The notes under the pieces: model-generated | What the model was told of the DNA's origin: nothing | What the model saw: only the letters and a program-made list of their open reading frames with translations | Database searches by the model: none | Shown here: piece by piece, positions 1 to 12,679 of the stretch | How the letters are laid out: each line of letters begins with the position of its first letter | Numbering within the stretch: the stretch's first letter is position 1 | Assembly: GCA_964016885.1 (NCBI GenBank) | Contig: OZ024743.1 | Location: 111,538,001 to 111,602,000 of the forward strand | DNA: 64,000 nucleotides | Direction: 5' to 3' | From: Eledone cirrhosa | Taxonomy: Eukaryota | Made by a program: the position numbers and the translations under genes

Positions 1-78
1 ACCCACTCTACTACCCTAAGTATTGAGTACTTTGGTGCATTATGGTCCACCTGGTTCTTTACCGCATTTCTTTCGTTA
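1..78 (+). mobile_element. 3' tail of PLE-derived family A element (cut by window edge)
   Basis: CCCACTCTACTACCCTAAGTATTGAGTACT...GGTGCATTATGGTCCACCTGGTT matches the tails at 8120-8195 and 61172-61250; ends in (TA)n. Confidence 0.8.
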
Positions 79-140
79 TATATATATATATATATATATC
101 CATATATATATATATATATGTATATACAGTATATATATAT

Positions 141-266
141 ATATATATCCCAAATTAAAATTAAAGGTCATAATGTCTGAGAGACATGCGCCATATCCAC
201 TGTAGAATAAGCTCAATGATTCCAATGAATAGATCTGAGGATTACATATCATCTAGAAATAGATTG

Positions 267-346
<80 letters not shown>

Positions 347-815
347 AACATATGAAACAATCACAGTGGATATGGCGCATGTCTCTCAGACATGACAACT
401 CTTAATTTAAAGTTTGGATATATATACGGTCCCTTGATTTTTGAGTTAATTCAGTTGAATAGACTCGGCTCCTATTTCTGGCTGTCGGTGGTCCTATTCA
501 CGCCACTGGGTTGACGTTGTGCAATGTGTGTATTTTTTTTTAAAATGCAACACGTGGTTCGAATCATTCACAGATTTGCATTTGCTTTGTAAACACAGAT
601 AGTTATCTTCTTCTCCTTTGGTGAACATCCAAGAATTTGACTTCTGTGTTTTACGGATTAATTGGTGAAATATATTTGTTACTTAAAGAAATATATACAA
701 ATGAGATTAATCATTTTAAAAGTATCTAGTTAAAATTTAATTAGTTACCTACCTAGTTATGTATGCTTACAATCTTTACAAATTACTCCCTGTGATTGTT
801 TCATATGTTTATTTT
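141..815. mobile_element. Family B fold-back element in (TA)n
   Basis: Inverted arms ~141-204 and ~363-424 (GAGACATGCGCCATATCCACTGT / ACAGTGGATATGGCGCATGTCTC); long unique tail homologous to 14230-14645. Confidence 0.7.
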
Positions 816-846
816 ATATATATATATATGTCAATGTATTTCTAGT

Positions 847-947
<101 letters not shown>

Positions 948-949
948 TT

Positions 950-2336
950 ATGTTGAAATCGTAACACACCAGAGAGAGATATACAGTGCGCTATCAATAA
1001 CACGGTGAAAAAACAACCTGTGTAAGGAATCTATAACCTATGAAAGGCAGTGTAGACACACGATAATTAAAAATATTAATTAAAGTGTAAATATATAACT
1101 ATATAACACACGTACAAATCCAAAGAGATCTGATCCACCAGTAAGTTGACAGAAATGAAATAACACATGGTTCATCAGCGTGTGTAAGGCTATACATTTC
1201 AGACAACACTAAGAGAATTTAAAGCGACCGTCCAGCTACACACGTGAGAGAGAAGTCACAGGGTGTTTAGGGGCAGTGAACCAGTGACCTCTGAGGGACG
1301 AGCTGCTACAAAGGGCAGCCACAAACCATTCAGAGAGGTGTGCTCTACCAAACAGAGAGAGAGCAAAGACTGTTATAATGAGCGAAATAACACGATAAAT
1401 TAACGGAGCCATAGACTCTCGCTATTCCCTGTCAATAATGTGCTCAAAGGAGAAGAAATCCTGAGCTCTTTAAAATACAATATGTTGAAAAGGTAACACA
1501 CTAGAGAGAGAGATACAGCGCGCTATCAATAAAACAGAGAAAACCACGAGTGTATGGAATTTATAAACTATGAAAGGCAGAGTAGACACACGATAATTAA
1601 AAATATTAATTAAAGTGTAAATACATACCTCTATAACTATATAACACACGTACAAATCCAAAGAGAACTGTTTCGCCAGTAAGTTGTTGACAGTAATGAA
1701 CCCATGGTTCATCAGCGTTTGTAAGGCTATACATTTCAGACAACACTAAGAGAATTTAAAGCGACCGTCCAGCTACACGTGGGAGAGAGAAATCACGGCG
1801 TGTTTAAGGGCAGTGAACCAGTGGCCTCTGAGGGACGAGCTGCTAGAAAGGGCAGCCCAAAACCACTCAGAGAGGTGTGCTCAACCAAACGGATAAAGAG
1901 GAAATACTGTTATATGGAGCGACATATCACGATAAATTAACGTTCCACATGTAGCTGGACGGTCGCTTTAAATTCTCTTAGTGTAGTCTGAAATGTATAG
2001 CCTTACACACGCTGATGAACCATGGGATATTTCATTTCTGTCAACAACTTACTGGCGAAACAGATCTCTTTGAATTTTTACCTGTGTTATATAGTTATAG
2101 AGGTATGTATTTATACTTTAATTAATATTTTTAATTATTGTGTGTCTACTCTGCCTTTCATTTCATAGTTTATAGATACACTGGTGGTTTTTTCCCTGTT
2201 TTATTGATAGCGCACTGTATCTCTCTCTAGTGTGTTAACTTTTCAACATATTGTATTTTAAAGAGGTCAAGATTTCTTCTCCTTTGAGCACATCATTGAG
2301 AGGGAATAGCGAGAGTCTATGGCTTAGTTAATTTAT

Positions 2337-2341
<5 letters not shown>
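950..2341. mobile_element. Family C: tandem ~538-bp HHR-bearing units plus inverted arm (retrozyme/pLTR-like)
   Basis: CACGATAAATTAACG recurs at 1391 and 1929; 1950-2340 is the reverse complement of the unit; flanked by (TA)n. Confidence 0.85.
1644..1722 (-). ncRNA. Type I hammerhead ribozyme (family C)
   Basis: Minus strand: ACAAACG-CTGATGA-ACCA...TGGC-GAAA-CAGTTCTCTTTGGATTTG-TA^CGTGTGT; stems I, II and III all form. Sister copies at 1106-1185 (-, GAAA mutated) and 2005-2087 (+, degenerate). Confidence 0.8.
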
Positions 2342-2405
<64 letters not shown>

Positions 2406-2705
2406 AATATAAATTAGCGAGAATCGTATTTCGGCTATTGGAAATTAGCGAAAAATAACTTCCAAGATGCGTGGCAAGCGCTCAATCAATCTAAGATGAT
2501 TGAACAAGTAAGTCACTTTCTCAAACAGGTTTTATTTCAAGTGCCAGGCCAAGGATTGACCGTTACCAATACCCACGTGGGGCTCGGCAAGGAAGGCAAC
2601 CCTTATTTTTGGTGGATGAATTCAGTACGTGTAATATTGCAAAATTGCATAATATCACAAAACGAATTAAGTTCTCAACAGAATGGTTTTAAAGTTATCA
2701 ATATA

Positions 2706-2771
<66 letters not shown>

Positions 2772-3707
2772 TACAATTGTACAAGTGTGCGCGCGTATGC
2801 GACAGCGTGCGTTTATATACGCCGCTTCGCAGAAATCCCGAATTTGCAAAGTTGTTTCGGGTCACTAATTGAGTGATTTATGATGTTCGTTTCGACTTGC
2901 AGCACGCTGTGTTCGGATACCAATGGGGCCAATATTTCTTTATATCTTTATTTGGTTGAAAATAGCAGAAGTTACGGTCTAATAGAATCTGGACATGAAG
3001 TTTGCTCCATGCTGTGAGGATTGGGCTGTTGTCCTTGTTCGTTCGTAACATATACGTGGAGGTGTAAAGTCATTCTCAAATATAAGTGACGGCTATAAAG
3101 TGACGAATAGTTGTCGCAAATTAAATATATTGTTATTTAAAAAAAAATAAAATCACATGGATATATTTTTATCGCATTATGACTATTATAAATGGGTTCA
3201 TAATATGGAGGAATATAATGTATACATGCATTCCTTGACTCATGGCACATGGCTATTATCATGTAAAGTGCTAACGAACAATATAGCATTTAACATGCAT
3301 CTTGGAGACTTTGAGAACGTTTGTTTACAATAATATATAACAATTCCGATTTATGATTCTCAAACGTTGAGAGAGCTGCAGAGATGTGTGGCTATACGAC
3401 TTTTAATACACATCTAATTGATGTTGAGAATTCTTTTCAGTTTTATGCAAAAAGTGTGGCTCAAATTGCTATACGTTTGGAATGCAATTTTAGTGGTCGA
3501 GAAAGATCTCGGGAAAGGCATCAATTTTGTGGAGAGAGGAAAAATCAATTAAAACGAATCCAATGTGTTAGTGCTACCTTATTTTATCGACACCGTGGGA
3601 TGTGAACGTAAACAGATGTAACTATATATCGCAAAGCATTTTTTCCGACGCTCTACTAATACTGCTAATACACCGCCCGATCTAATGTCAATATAACAGT
3701 ATATATT

Positions 3708-3850
3708 GTGTGTGAAGGCGCATGGTTCAGGTGGAACGCTGTTAACTGACGAACGCAGACCCATGTTTTCAATTCCGGGACGCACTTTATTTCACATTGC
3801 TCCAGTTCACTCCGCTGGGTAAAATGCGTTGGATGTGTAATTCAAAGGAG
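3708..3850 (+). mobile_element. Degenerate tRNA-derived SINE (second family, CORE-like body)
   Basis: GGCGCATGGTTCAGGTGG head, TTCAATTCC B-box remnant, CTTTATTTCACATTGCTCCAGTTCACTC body shared with 9375-9612. Confidence 0.55.
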
Positions 3851-4584
3851 AAGCCTTGTCACACAATTTATTCTGCTGAATCTCCTTCAGAATTGCGTTA
3901 TGGGTATACGCATCTATGGGATGCCCATCCATGTACACGTTAAGGTTTTGAGATGAGTAGACCGATGATCTAACAACTAGAACTATCGTCGTCATAACCA
4001 ACGGATGTCCAACACGAAATACTACATATATACAGACTGTCCGACGTAGTAGTATATCTATAAACGATAAATGGCTTTAGCAGATACTCCTGGAAATAGA
4101 ATGATCATGTTGCAATAAACGAATATTTCAGTTTATTGTAGCATATAAACTTGGTTTCACATGGATTTTGCTTAGGAATAGGAAGCCCAAACATGGTATT
4201 TTTCATAAAAGACCGTGGTCATTTGAAACCCGGAGTTGACTTACCACTCTCAAAATATATGATAGAAAATGATATAGAGATATGCTGGAAGTATCGACAG
4301 CATTACTGAACCGTTATATAAATATCTACCTGGGAAAGATGAAAGCAAATTTTACCAAGATTACATTTGAACTCACAGAGTACGACATGCAATAATCAAT
4401 ACTGCGAAATATTGCATTCAACCTTCAAACAAATCTGCAAACTTCGTAGTCTGTTATAAGTATACATCACTACAAAAACATCTAAACACTTACAAATTCC
4501 TTGCACTTAGATATGGACAAACACACACGCATACATATATACGTACGCTCGCTTGCGCGCGCACACACGCACGTACACACACAT

Positions 4585-4683
<99 letters not shown>

Positions 4684-4748
4684 TATACATATACATATAT
4701 ATATATGCATATACATATATATATATATATATGCATATACATATGTAT

Positions 4749-4793
<45 letters not shown>

Positions 4794-5435
4794 CTCATTC
4801 AAACAAACCAGACTTTGGCGAAGCTATCTCTTATCTTACAACAAGCATTGCAATCGATCTTTGTGAAATGCAAAACCACAGTCAACTAATTAAAATAGTA
4901 TTACTGAATTGTGTAATTCAGCCAGGATAATATTTATGGCGAATACGTACGTCTGCAGTGTTTGTAATAAAGCAGACAGTGAGCAAATAAAGCGAAGTAA
5001 ATGGGACGAGATTTGACAGAGATAGTAGGATGTGGACATATTCAATTGATAAGCTAGTTTTCTATCAATAACACTATTTAACTCAGAGAATGAATATGTT
5101 TTAATATCTAATATATAAGAATCTATATACTTACATACATTATATATATAAATAGATATACATTACTTTGACACATCGTACAAATTATATATATATAAAT
5201 AAAACATCATTTTCTCCGCTTAGATGTGATTGCCTCCACAACATAACCTTATTACGTAATGATGCTGTCTGATGAGATCGCTTAACCAGTTACAGGCTTG
5301 ACAAATCATGTAGCCACGATTGGTATTGAAATATGTAACCCAACTTTGTTAATAAAGGACTCTATAACATGTACTCCGAACTTCACATTATCTGTCGCCC
5401 CCCCCCCCTCTCTATATATATATATATATATCTAT

Positions 5436-5772
5436 CTAAGGCGGGTAAAATTCCCGAGATCCATGGACGATTTCTCTCCAGCGGTCTCTGTCCCTCATTA
5501 TCGCTGCCATATCCTGCATCTCCAACAGACCAGTGTCTGTCCTTAGGGCATCAACATATGTTAACCTTGGTCTTCCTCTTCTAGTGTGTCCATGTAGGGG
5601 CTCCCAAAGGAGCACTGAGTGCAATGTCAACTCTGGATGTCGGTGAGCATGTTCAGCCAACCTCAGTCTCCTCTGTGTCACTTTTGAGCTGACTTTTGGG
5701 ATGCTCCCATACAGCTCTGAGTTTTTCATCCTCAGTGTATACTGATTAATGTTCAGAGCCATCCTCAGCATT
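5436..5772 (-). mobile_element. 5'-truncated RTE-clade LINE, 3' end of ORF
   Basis: RRLRLAEHAHRH...LLWEP.HG..RRGRPRLTYVD...MRDRDRWREIV is the typical RTE C-terminal signature. Confidence 0.85.
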
Positions 5773-6545
5773 CTCTCTCTCTCTATATATATATATATTA
5801 TATATATATAAAGAGAGATGGGGATAGATAGATATAGTAACAATAAAGTTTCATACACTTGACATGCATATGGGATCATATGTTTCAGAGTACAGTTATT
5901 CCACTACTGTACAGTGGAGAATGCTCTTCCAAACTGGCGCCGTCATCAGGCTCTCGGACAAATATACGATAAACGAAGTTCATTTAGCCAGCTATATTTG
6001 GTTATAAACAGTGGAGGGCTTTATATCAGATACAAGGGTAATAATTCCGGAGTCCTTCAACTGTAGTATGCGCGTTGCATAGGTTGCATTCTAAAATATT
6101 TAACTCCTTTAAAAGAGGACACTACTAATGGTGGAATGTTTTCTTTTGTGGAATCTAGGTAAACAACCTTTGTGATTGTAAATTGCTTTTTCTTATCTAG
6201 TTTATCAACTATATCAGAAACACTTAAGATTATTAAGATCAAATCTTTAGAATATTTAAGATATGTATCCCAATAATTCTTCAACATTTAAATTCTGAAT
6301 ATGTAAATATCTCATGGTATATGTGATCGTTATGATGCAATGTAATGTTGTAATATTACGCCTTCTTTCTACAGTTTATTATCTAGTATGTGTGACGTGT
6401 TCTTTGATATGTAACAGAGTGGAGTAATAAGATTTAGCAGGTCCGTTGAGAAAAAAATCTTACGGTGTTTCCCTCTAGTTTGATAAAGGGTGGGCCCTCT
6501 GATACAAACAATGTCTAAAGACCTCTGTCTTGGGGTTTAGGAATA

Positions 6546-6700
6546 AGTACCCCCCCCCCCCCGCTATATCAAAGTTCGCTTTTCGTGATCCCGCTACATC
6601 GCGGATTTTTATTTAGAATGTATCTAATTTCCTATCGCTGTAATACTCGCTACATCGCGGAATTTTCGTTAGAACATATCTATTTCTTATCGCGGTACGT
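6546..6700 (+). mobile_element. Tc1/mariner (pogo/Tigger-like) MITE terminal fragment
   Basis: AGTA(C)nCGCTATATC..GTTCGCTTTTCG..CGCTACATCGCGGATTTT resembles Tigger-type TIRs; the motif CGCTACATCGCGG repeats at ~6648. Confidence 0.4.
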
Positions 6701-6783
6701 ACGTCTGAATAAAAAGTGTTTATTTTTTACACACACTCACATATATATATATATATATGGTCTTCAAGATGTGTTTATTTTTT

Positions 6784-6815
<32 letters not shown>

Positions 6816-6894
6816 GGTCTTCAAGATGTTTTTAATTAAACATACAGTATATTGCCAAATATACTATACATACATTCATGTATACATCGCTCTT

Positions 6895-6941
<47 letters not shown>

Positions 6942-7625
6942 GAGACAGATTTACATATATATGTGTGTGTGTTCATAATTATATATAAATATACGTATTT
7001 GCGTATAGAATATATGTTAGAAATGTCACTTGTTCTGCATAATCCGTCTTTTAATAGATTTATATATGTCCTTCAGATGCCTTGGAATGTGCATAACATA
7101 TAATACGTTGCGTGTACAATTTGGCGCGGAGGTTATTATGGACCTATTTGTTTAATTTAGATCATGTGATTGTGATATTAGGGTAGCCACATTAATTTAA
7201 TATGCTTTGATCGACAAATATCCGACTTACTAGAGCTTTAAAATACGACACGCATCGTACCCCAATGAGACACATACATAAACACCCCGAGTATATATTG
7301 CAAACATTTTACAAAACAGGTCACGTGTGAGATATAAAAACAAAGTAAATAAAACTGAAACAAAAACCTGGAAAAATATTGTTTTTGGTTGACAAATGCA
7401 CCGTAGAGAAACATGAACAATGTGTGTACAGTGAAAACATTTGCGCAGAGAAGAAAAAATAAACAATCTGATGGTTCGTGTTAAACACATTATCAAAGTA
7501 GACAGACAAAATAAAAGTTAGATATGTTGTATCAGAACGTTAGAAAACAGATGTGATTTGAATGGCTATATTCATGTTTCGAAATATGTACAAGCACACA
7601 CACGCACACACACACACACGCACAT

Positions 7626-7717
<92 letters not shown>

Positions 7718-7733
7718 ACACAGAGGCATATAT

Positions 7734-7782
<49 letters not shown>

Positions 7783-7803
7783 GTATGTATGTATGTGCAT
7801 ATA

Positions 7804-7896
<93 letters not shown>

Positions 7897-7899
<3 letters not shown>

Positions 7900-8193
7900 A
7901 AAATGTATGAACCCGGCTGCAGAGCTCAAGTGGTTTCGACGGCTATTTCTGGACTAAATTAGAATGTTTAGCCTGGTGAATAAATAGCCGAACTTATAAG
8001 GAAGTACCCCCTTGACAAGTTCGGCTCTTTATTCACCAGGCTAAAAATTCTAATTTAGTCCAGAAATAGCCGTCGAAACGGCTTGAGCTCTGCCGTCGGG
8101 GTCATAATTTTTCCTATTTCCCACTCTACTACCCTAAGTATTGAGTACTGTGGTGCGTTATGGTCCATCTGGTTTCTTACCAGAATCCCTTTG

Positions 8194-8195
<2 letters not shown>
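7897..8195 (+). mobile_element. Family A fold-back element
   Basis: ~100-bp imperfect inverted arms 7897-7995 and 8017-8117 plus ~80-bp unique tail; (TA)n on both sides. Confidence 0.85.
8008..8101 (+). ncRNA. Type I hammerhead ribozyme, U3-A8 core variant (family A)
   Basis: CCCC-TTGACAA-GTTCGGCT...AGCCGTC-GAAA-CGGC TTGAGCTCT GCCG-TC^GGGG. Confidence 0.75.
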
Positions 8196-8230
<35 letters not shown>

Positions 8231-8300
8231 TATATAAAACAAGTAACATTCAGAGACCAACCAGATGTGAGAAAAACCACAGACGCTCCATCTCAACTCA

Positions 8301-8338
8301 CCTTTTGAAAAGCAGAAGAACTGCGAAACCGGTAAAGG
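8301..8338 (+). ncRNA. Minimal type I hammerhead ribozyme, U3-A8 variant (family N copy 1)
   Basis: CCTT-TTGAAAA-GCAG AAGAA CTGC-GAAA-CCGG-TA^AAGG; palindromic stem III region ACCGGT. Confidence 0.8.
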
Positions 8339-8559
8339 AACCAAATAAATAAATATATTTTTAAAAAAAATAAGACTCCAGTTGCATTTTCGATTTCATC
8401 TCTTTTTCTAAAGAAAAAGAGATGAAATAATTATTGACAAACCAATCAAATTACTTCTCGAAAAACCTGGCATTTCGAGCCACTTTTTCCATATAAAAGA
8501 AGTAACATTAAGAGACCAACCAGATGTGAGAAAAACCACAGACCCTCCATCTCAACTCA

Positions 8560-8597
8560 CCTTTTGAAAAGCAGAAGAACTGCGAAACCGGTAAAGG
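8560..8597 (+). ncRNA. Minimal type I hammerhead ribozyme, U3-A8 variant (family N copy 2)
   Basis: Identical to 8301-8338. Confidence 0.8.
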
Positions 8598-8730
8598 AAC
8601 CAAATAAATATATATATTTTTTTTAAAAAATAAGACTCCAGTTGCATTTTCGATTTCATCTCTTTTTCTTTATACTTTCACTCGTGTAGGACACCTCGGT
8701 TATTTTTTCATTTTGTAAAAATAACCTCAC

Positions 8731-8785
<55 letters not shown>

Positions 8786-9374
8786 TACATATATTCATAT
8801 ATATATATATATATATCATATGTGTGTGTGTGAGAGAGAGGATATGTATATATGTGCTTAGGTGAATACGTGTATGTATATATGTATGAGTATAGGTGTA
8901 TGTATGTGTGTCGGTGAAGTTATATATGTATGTGTATGTGTTTATATATATTCATATTCCCGCACTCATATGTACTATCGTCGTTTGTTTAGATATGGGC
9001 ATATGCGAGTGTGTATTTCAATATGTGTATACTACATGTAGAAACATCGGTTATTTGTGGCAATGTGCACCTAGTAAAATAACTTGGTGCATATACGTAA
9101 CCTGAAAAAACATGCTGGTAACCTCTAGATAAGTTTAGCCAATACCACCTTCCATAGAATTGTCTAATATTAATGCTTGTAATCACGTTCACTAAGTTTG
9201 AATTTGATTTTAACTTCAGTGAATAAATAGTAATGTATCATCGCTAACTAGAATCATGTTGTATATTCATATCAGAATATTAGTGCTGAAAATATCTGTC
9301 AGACTAATCGCTGGATATAAGTACCGATAGAATAGTTGTTTGCATTTCTAACCTTCCATATCTTTAATATATAT

Positions 9375-9612
9375 ATATCTAAAGTCTAAAATCTCCCATA
9401 GGCCAGAAGGCTGAGTTGGCCAGTGCCTATCCCGGTTTCTTGGCATGGAATGACTGAGGTTAAAGCCCGAGCTATTGCTGGTACTCATTTTCAGTTTAGT
9501 ATACTGGAGCAACATGAAATGAAATGTTTTGCTTAAGAACACAACACACAACCCAGGAAGGGACATTATGATCGTAAGTCCAATATCGTTTCCACAAGGC
9601 CTCGTGCCTCCA
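9375..9612 (-). mobile_element. tRNA-derived SINE (CORE-like family), degenerate
   Basis: Minus strand: GGAGGCACGAGGCCTTGTGG head, TGTGTTCTTAAGCAAAACATTTCATTTCATGTTGCTCCAGT core, ATGCCAAGAAACCGGGA tail. Confidence 0.6.
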
Positions 9613-9629
9613 CAATATATATATATAAA

Positions 9630-10530
9630 CACCCAAAATAAATCCCACATAGGTAGATATAATAACACAACACCAAACCACACTTACTACCATAGTATGC
9701 ACACCAGTAAACCAACAAACAAAACTAATAGAAAGCGATGCAAAGAGTACTTATGGTATAACCCCGAATACAATAGCTCCATTAGTACAAATTTACCAGT
9801 ACTCTTCTTTAAAATAATTAAAAGACATTTTCCCACATCACACAAATACCACAAAATCCTAAACCCTACCACTATAAGACTGTCATACTCTACAGCGTTA
9901 AACCTTGAACAACACATAAAAAAGATCAATACTAGAAGGTTAAACGAAAACACTAAGAACTTAAGTACAAAGAACCCCCAAAAAACAGTAGACAATACAC
10001 TACAGAACATAAATAAACCACACCTAAGTTCGTCCGCAATACTACTCCAGAGAAAACCCAACGTACACAACTGTAACTGCACCTATCCTGACAACTGCCC
10101 CCTCGGCAATAACTGCCGGGAAAAAAATATTATTTATAAGTGTACCATTAAATCCGGAGGCAACGAGTGGTATTACGTGGGATCAACGGCAACATCGTTT
10201 AAATCTCGATTGTATAGGCATTCTTACTCAATAAAACACCAGAGCCAAAGAAATGTAACAACTTTAGCAGAGAAAGCTTGGACGCTCAGGGATAGCAATC
10301 AAAAGTTTACCCTAAAATGGGAAAAATTAGCTAAAACCCAAAGCTTTTCCAGGAGCCAAAATTTCTGCAAATTGTGTAATCTTGAGATTTATTACATAAT
10401 CACACACAAGAAGAAACTGCTGAATAACAGAATTGAACGAACATTATTCTGCCGTCACAGAACTAAAACCCTTTTTTTCCCACTACAAGCCGAATATTAC
10501 ATAAAAGAGGGACATCCCCCAACTATATAA
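9630..10530 (+). CDS. 3' fragment of a Penelope-like element ORF (thumb/linker + GIY-YIG endonuclease), Hydra-type
   Basis: WYNPEY..STN..F.KII.RHFP..HKYHKILN..TIRLSYS; linker CNCTYPDNC (CxCx5C); IIYKC...YVGST..FKSR...H; KW; CKLC.LE; LLN; CRH. The ORF-track start at 9529 lies in an unrelated SINE, and no RT core is present. Confidence 0.85.
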
Positions 10531-10775
10531 ACCTTAATCTAGTTAGAAAAATATAAAAACAATTTCTTCTCAACATATATTAATAACCTTAAATTACCAT
10601 ACTAATAATGAAAAGATATGCTGATGAGAATAGGTACAAATATGCGATAATGAATGTGTCTAAAAACGTCCATAAGTATGTATATATATGTGAAAATGTA
10701 TATAAATAAGTAAATATATATATATATGTTTGATGTGTATAGTTAGATGTAAGTGTATTCATGTATTAAAGTGCT

Positions 10776-10812
<37 letters not shown>

Positions 10813-10835
10813 ATATGTGTGTATATATGTATGTG

Positions 10836-10872
<37 letters not shown>

Positions 10873-11607
10873 GTATGTATGTATATATATGTGTGTATGT
10901 ATGTATGTGTATATGGATGTGTATGTATGTGTATGTGTGTACACATGGACTAGAGTATGTATGTATATATGTGTGTGTCTATACGTGTGTATATATAAAG
11001 ATAAGTTGAGTATGAAAATGTATACACATGAGCGCGTATGTATGTACATGAATACATGTGTGTATATATATGTGTATGCATGTGTATATATATGTAAGTA
11101 TGAATATGTGAATTGTGAGTATATGTATTTTGTAGAGGTGTGCAAATATATTTGTGTGTGAATGCGTGGGTGAAAGAATACGTACACTTGAAAGAAAAAT
11201 TTAAGTCTGAATGTTAAGTGCAAACACAAAACCAACCACGCATATCTTTACTATCTCTAATCCTTCTATAGATTTAGAAAAATAACCAATAATATATTCT
11301 ATAAAAAATGTCAAAACAACAGATGGGAATCTAATTACTCACTGCCACCAAGAATTCTCACTGCTATCGAAAAACCACTCCTTCAACTATTCTTCTAACA
11401 ACTTCACCCCTTCCTCCTAATATTCTCTATAAAAACTAAATAGGTCCTCAGTAATATTATTCTGATGAAATGACAGTAAATAATAACATTGAAATATTGA
11501 ATGTCTGCATAACTAAAAGTTTGTAGATAGCTGTTTTAGGTTATGTAACTGTTATAGAAACACGTGTCAATAAATTCCTTTCAACTAAACTGTATCCATT
11601 CAAATCT

Positions 11608-11644
<37 letters not shown>

Positions 11645-11646
<2 letters not shown>

Positions 11647-12077
11647 CATATTTGGGAAGAGTCAACAAGGTAATAAGAAATTTAACTATTTATTAACATG
11701 TCTTGGCTGCAATTTCACTCGCGTAATCCGCTACCACCGATTATTTCAAATGGAAGAATTATCACGTGATTTACAGTCAGCAGAAGAGCAAGTAACGGGG
11801 CAGCTAGAAAAAGCAGCCTAATTAAGCTACATGTTATGCTCTACCTTAAGGGAGTAATTAAAAAGTTAATCGAAGATATATATTTATATTTATACACACG
11901 TATAGACATATATATCCAAACAATATCAAAACATCAAATTAAAAAGACAAATTTTATCTTATCTTGTCTAATTTTTCTCAACTATAATATTAGTATCCTC
12001 TGATGAATTGATTTTTATTAATTCTTTCCTTCAGCAAAAGTGGTATTGGTTGGACTTCCTCATATCTGTGTGCATAC

Positions 12078-12080
<3 letters not shown>
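11645..12080. mobile_element. Family K fold-back element
   Basis: 11645-11860 is reverse-complement-similar to 14710-15000; 11920-12030 resembles 14945-15040 (CTCTGATGAATTGATTTTTATT). Confidence 0.55.
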
Positions 12081-12115
<35 letters not shown>

Positions 12116-12147
12116 AGATCAAAAGATGGTTAAAAGAGTTCCAAGTA

Positions 12148-12214
12148 TTTTATTATGCGCATTTCAAAAACAAATATCATCATGAGATGATATCTGCGTT
12201 TTCATCAGATTAAA
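12148..12214 (-). ncRNA. Type I hammerhead ribozyme
   Basis: Minus strand: TTTAAT-CTGATGA-AAAC GCAGATATCAT..ATGATATTTG TTTTT-GAAA-TGCGCA-TA^ATAAAA; a near-perfect 47-bp palindrome lies upstream at 12291-12337. Confidence 0.7.
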
Positions 12215-12337
12215 TAGGGATACATGATAGGAATGTTAAGAAACACTTGTGAATAGTGAAGTTTTAAATCAACATATGAAAATAATTTAAGATTGATGTG
12301 TGATATTGGGAAAATTTCCCAATATCACACATCAATC

Positions 12338-12416
12338 CTTTACGGACTGAGTTCAAAATCCAGCCGAGGTTAACTTTGACTTTCATCCTTTCAGGGTCGA
12401 TAAAATAAAGTACCAG

Positions 12417-12418
<2 letters not shown>
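12338..12418 (+). mobile_element. Fragment of main tRNA-SINE family
   Basis: GAGTTCAAAATCC B-box and CTTTCATCCTTTCAGGGTCGATAAAATAAAGTACCAGT. Confidence 0.8.
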
Positions 12419-12459
<41 letters not shown>

Positions 12460-12679
12460 AGAGGGTATCGATGTGGCCCTTACCTGAAATCAAAAGCTCG
12501 TCGGACTTCTGATGCGGTAATGACAGAATGGACATATAGAGCTTAGAGATGTCTGTTATGGAATACGTAGCAAATCGTCATTTTATTATCATATTTACTC
12601 TTTGCTTAGTTCTACACCTCTTGACAGACGGGACACTACACATCGAGTGCTCACTCGGGTCAACCTGGAGTACCAAAGC

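Larger units (their letters stand above)
8230..8737 (+). mobile_element. Family N: two near-identical direct units 259 bp apart
   Basis: GTAACATT.AGAGACCAACCAGATGTGAG...GATTTCATCTCTTTTTCT at 8243-8409 and 8502-8669; small palindrome at the junction (8392-8428). Confidence 0.85.

Noticed and set aside
5860-5960. CTGATGA...GAAACATATG on the minus strand
   Set aside because: Stems I and II do not pair convincingly; at best a decayed HHR
11455-11512. CTGATGA-AATG...CATT-GAAA
   Set aside because: Stem II forms but stem I pairing is poor; not counted as intact
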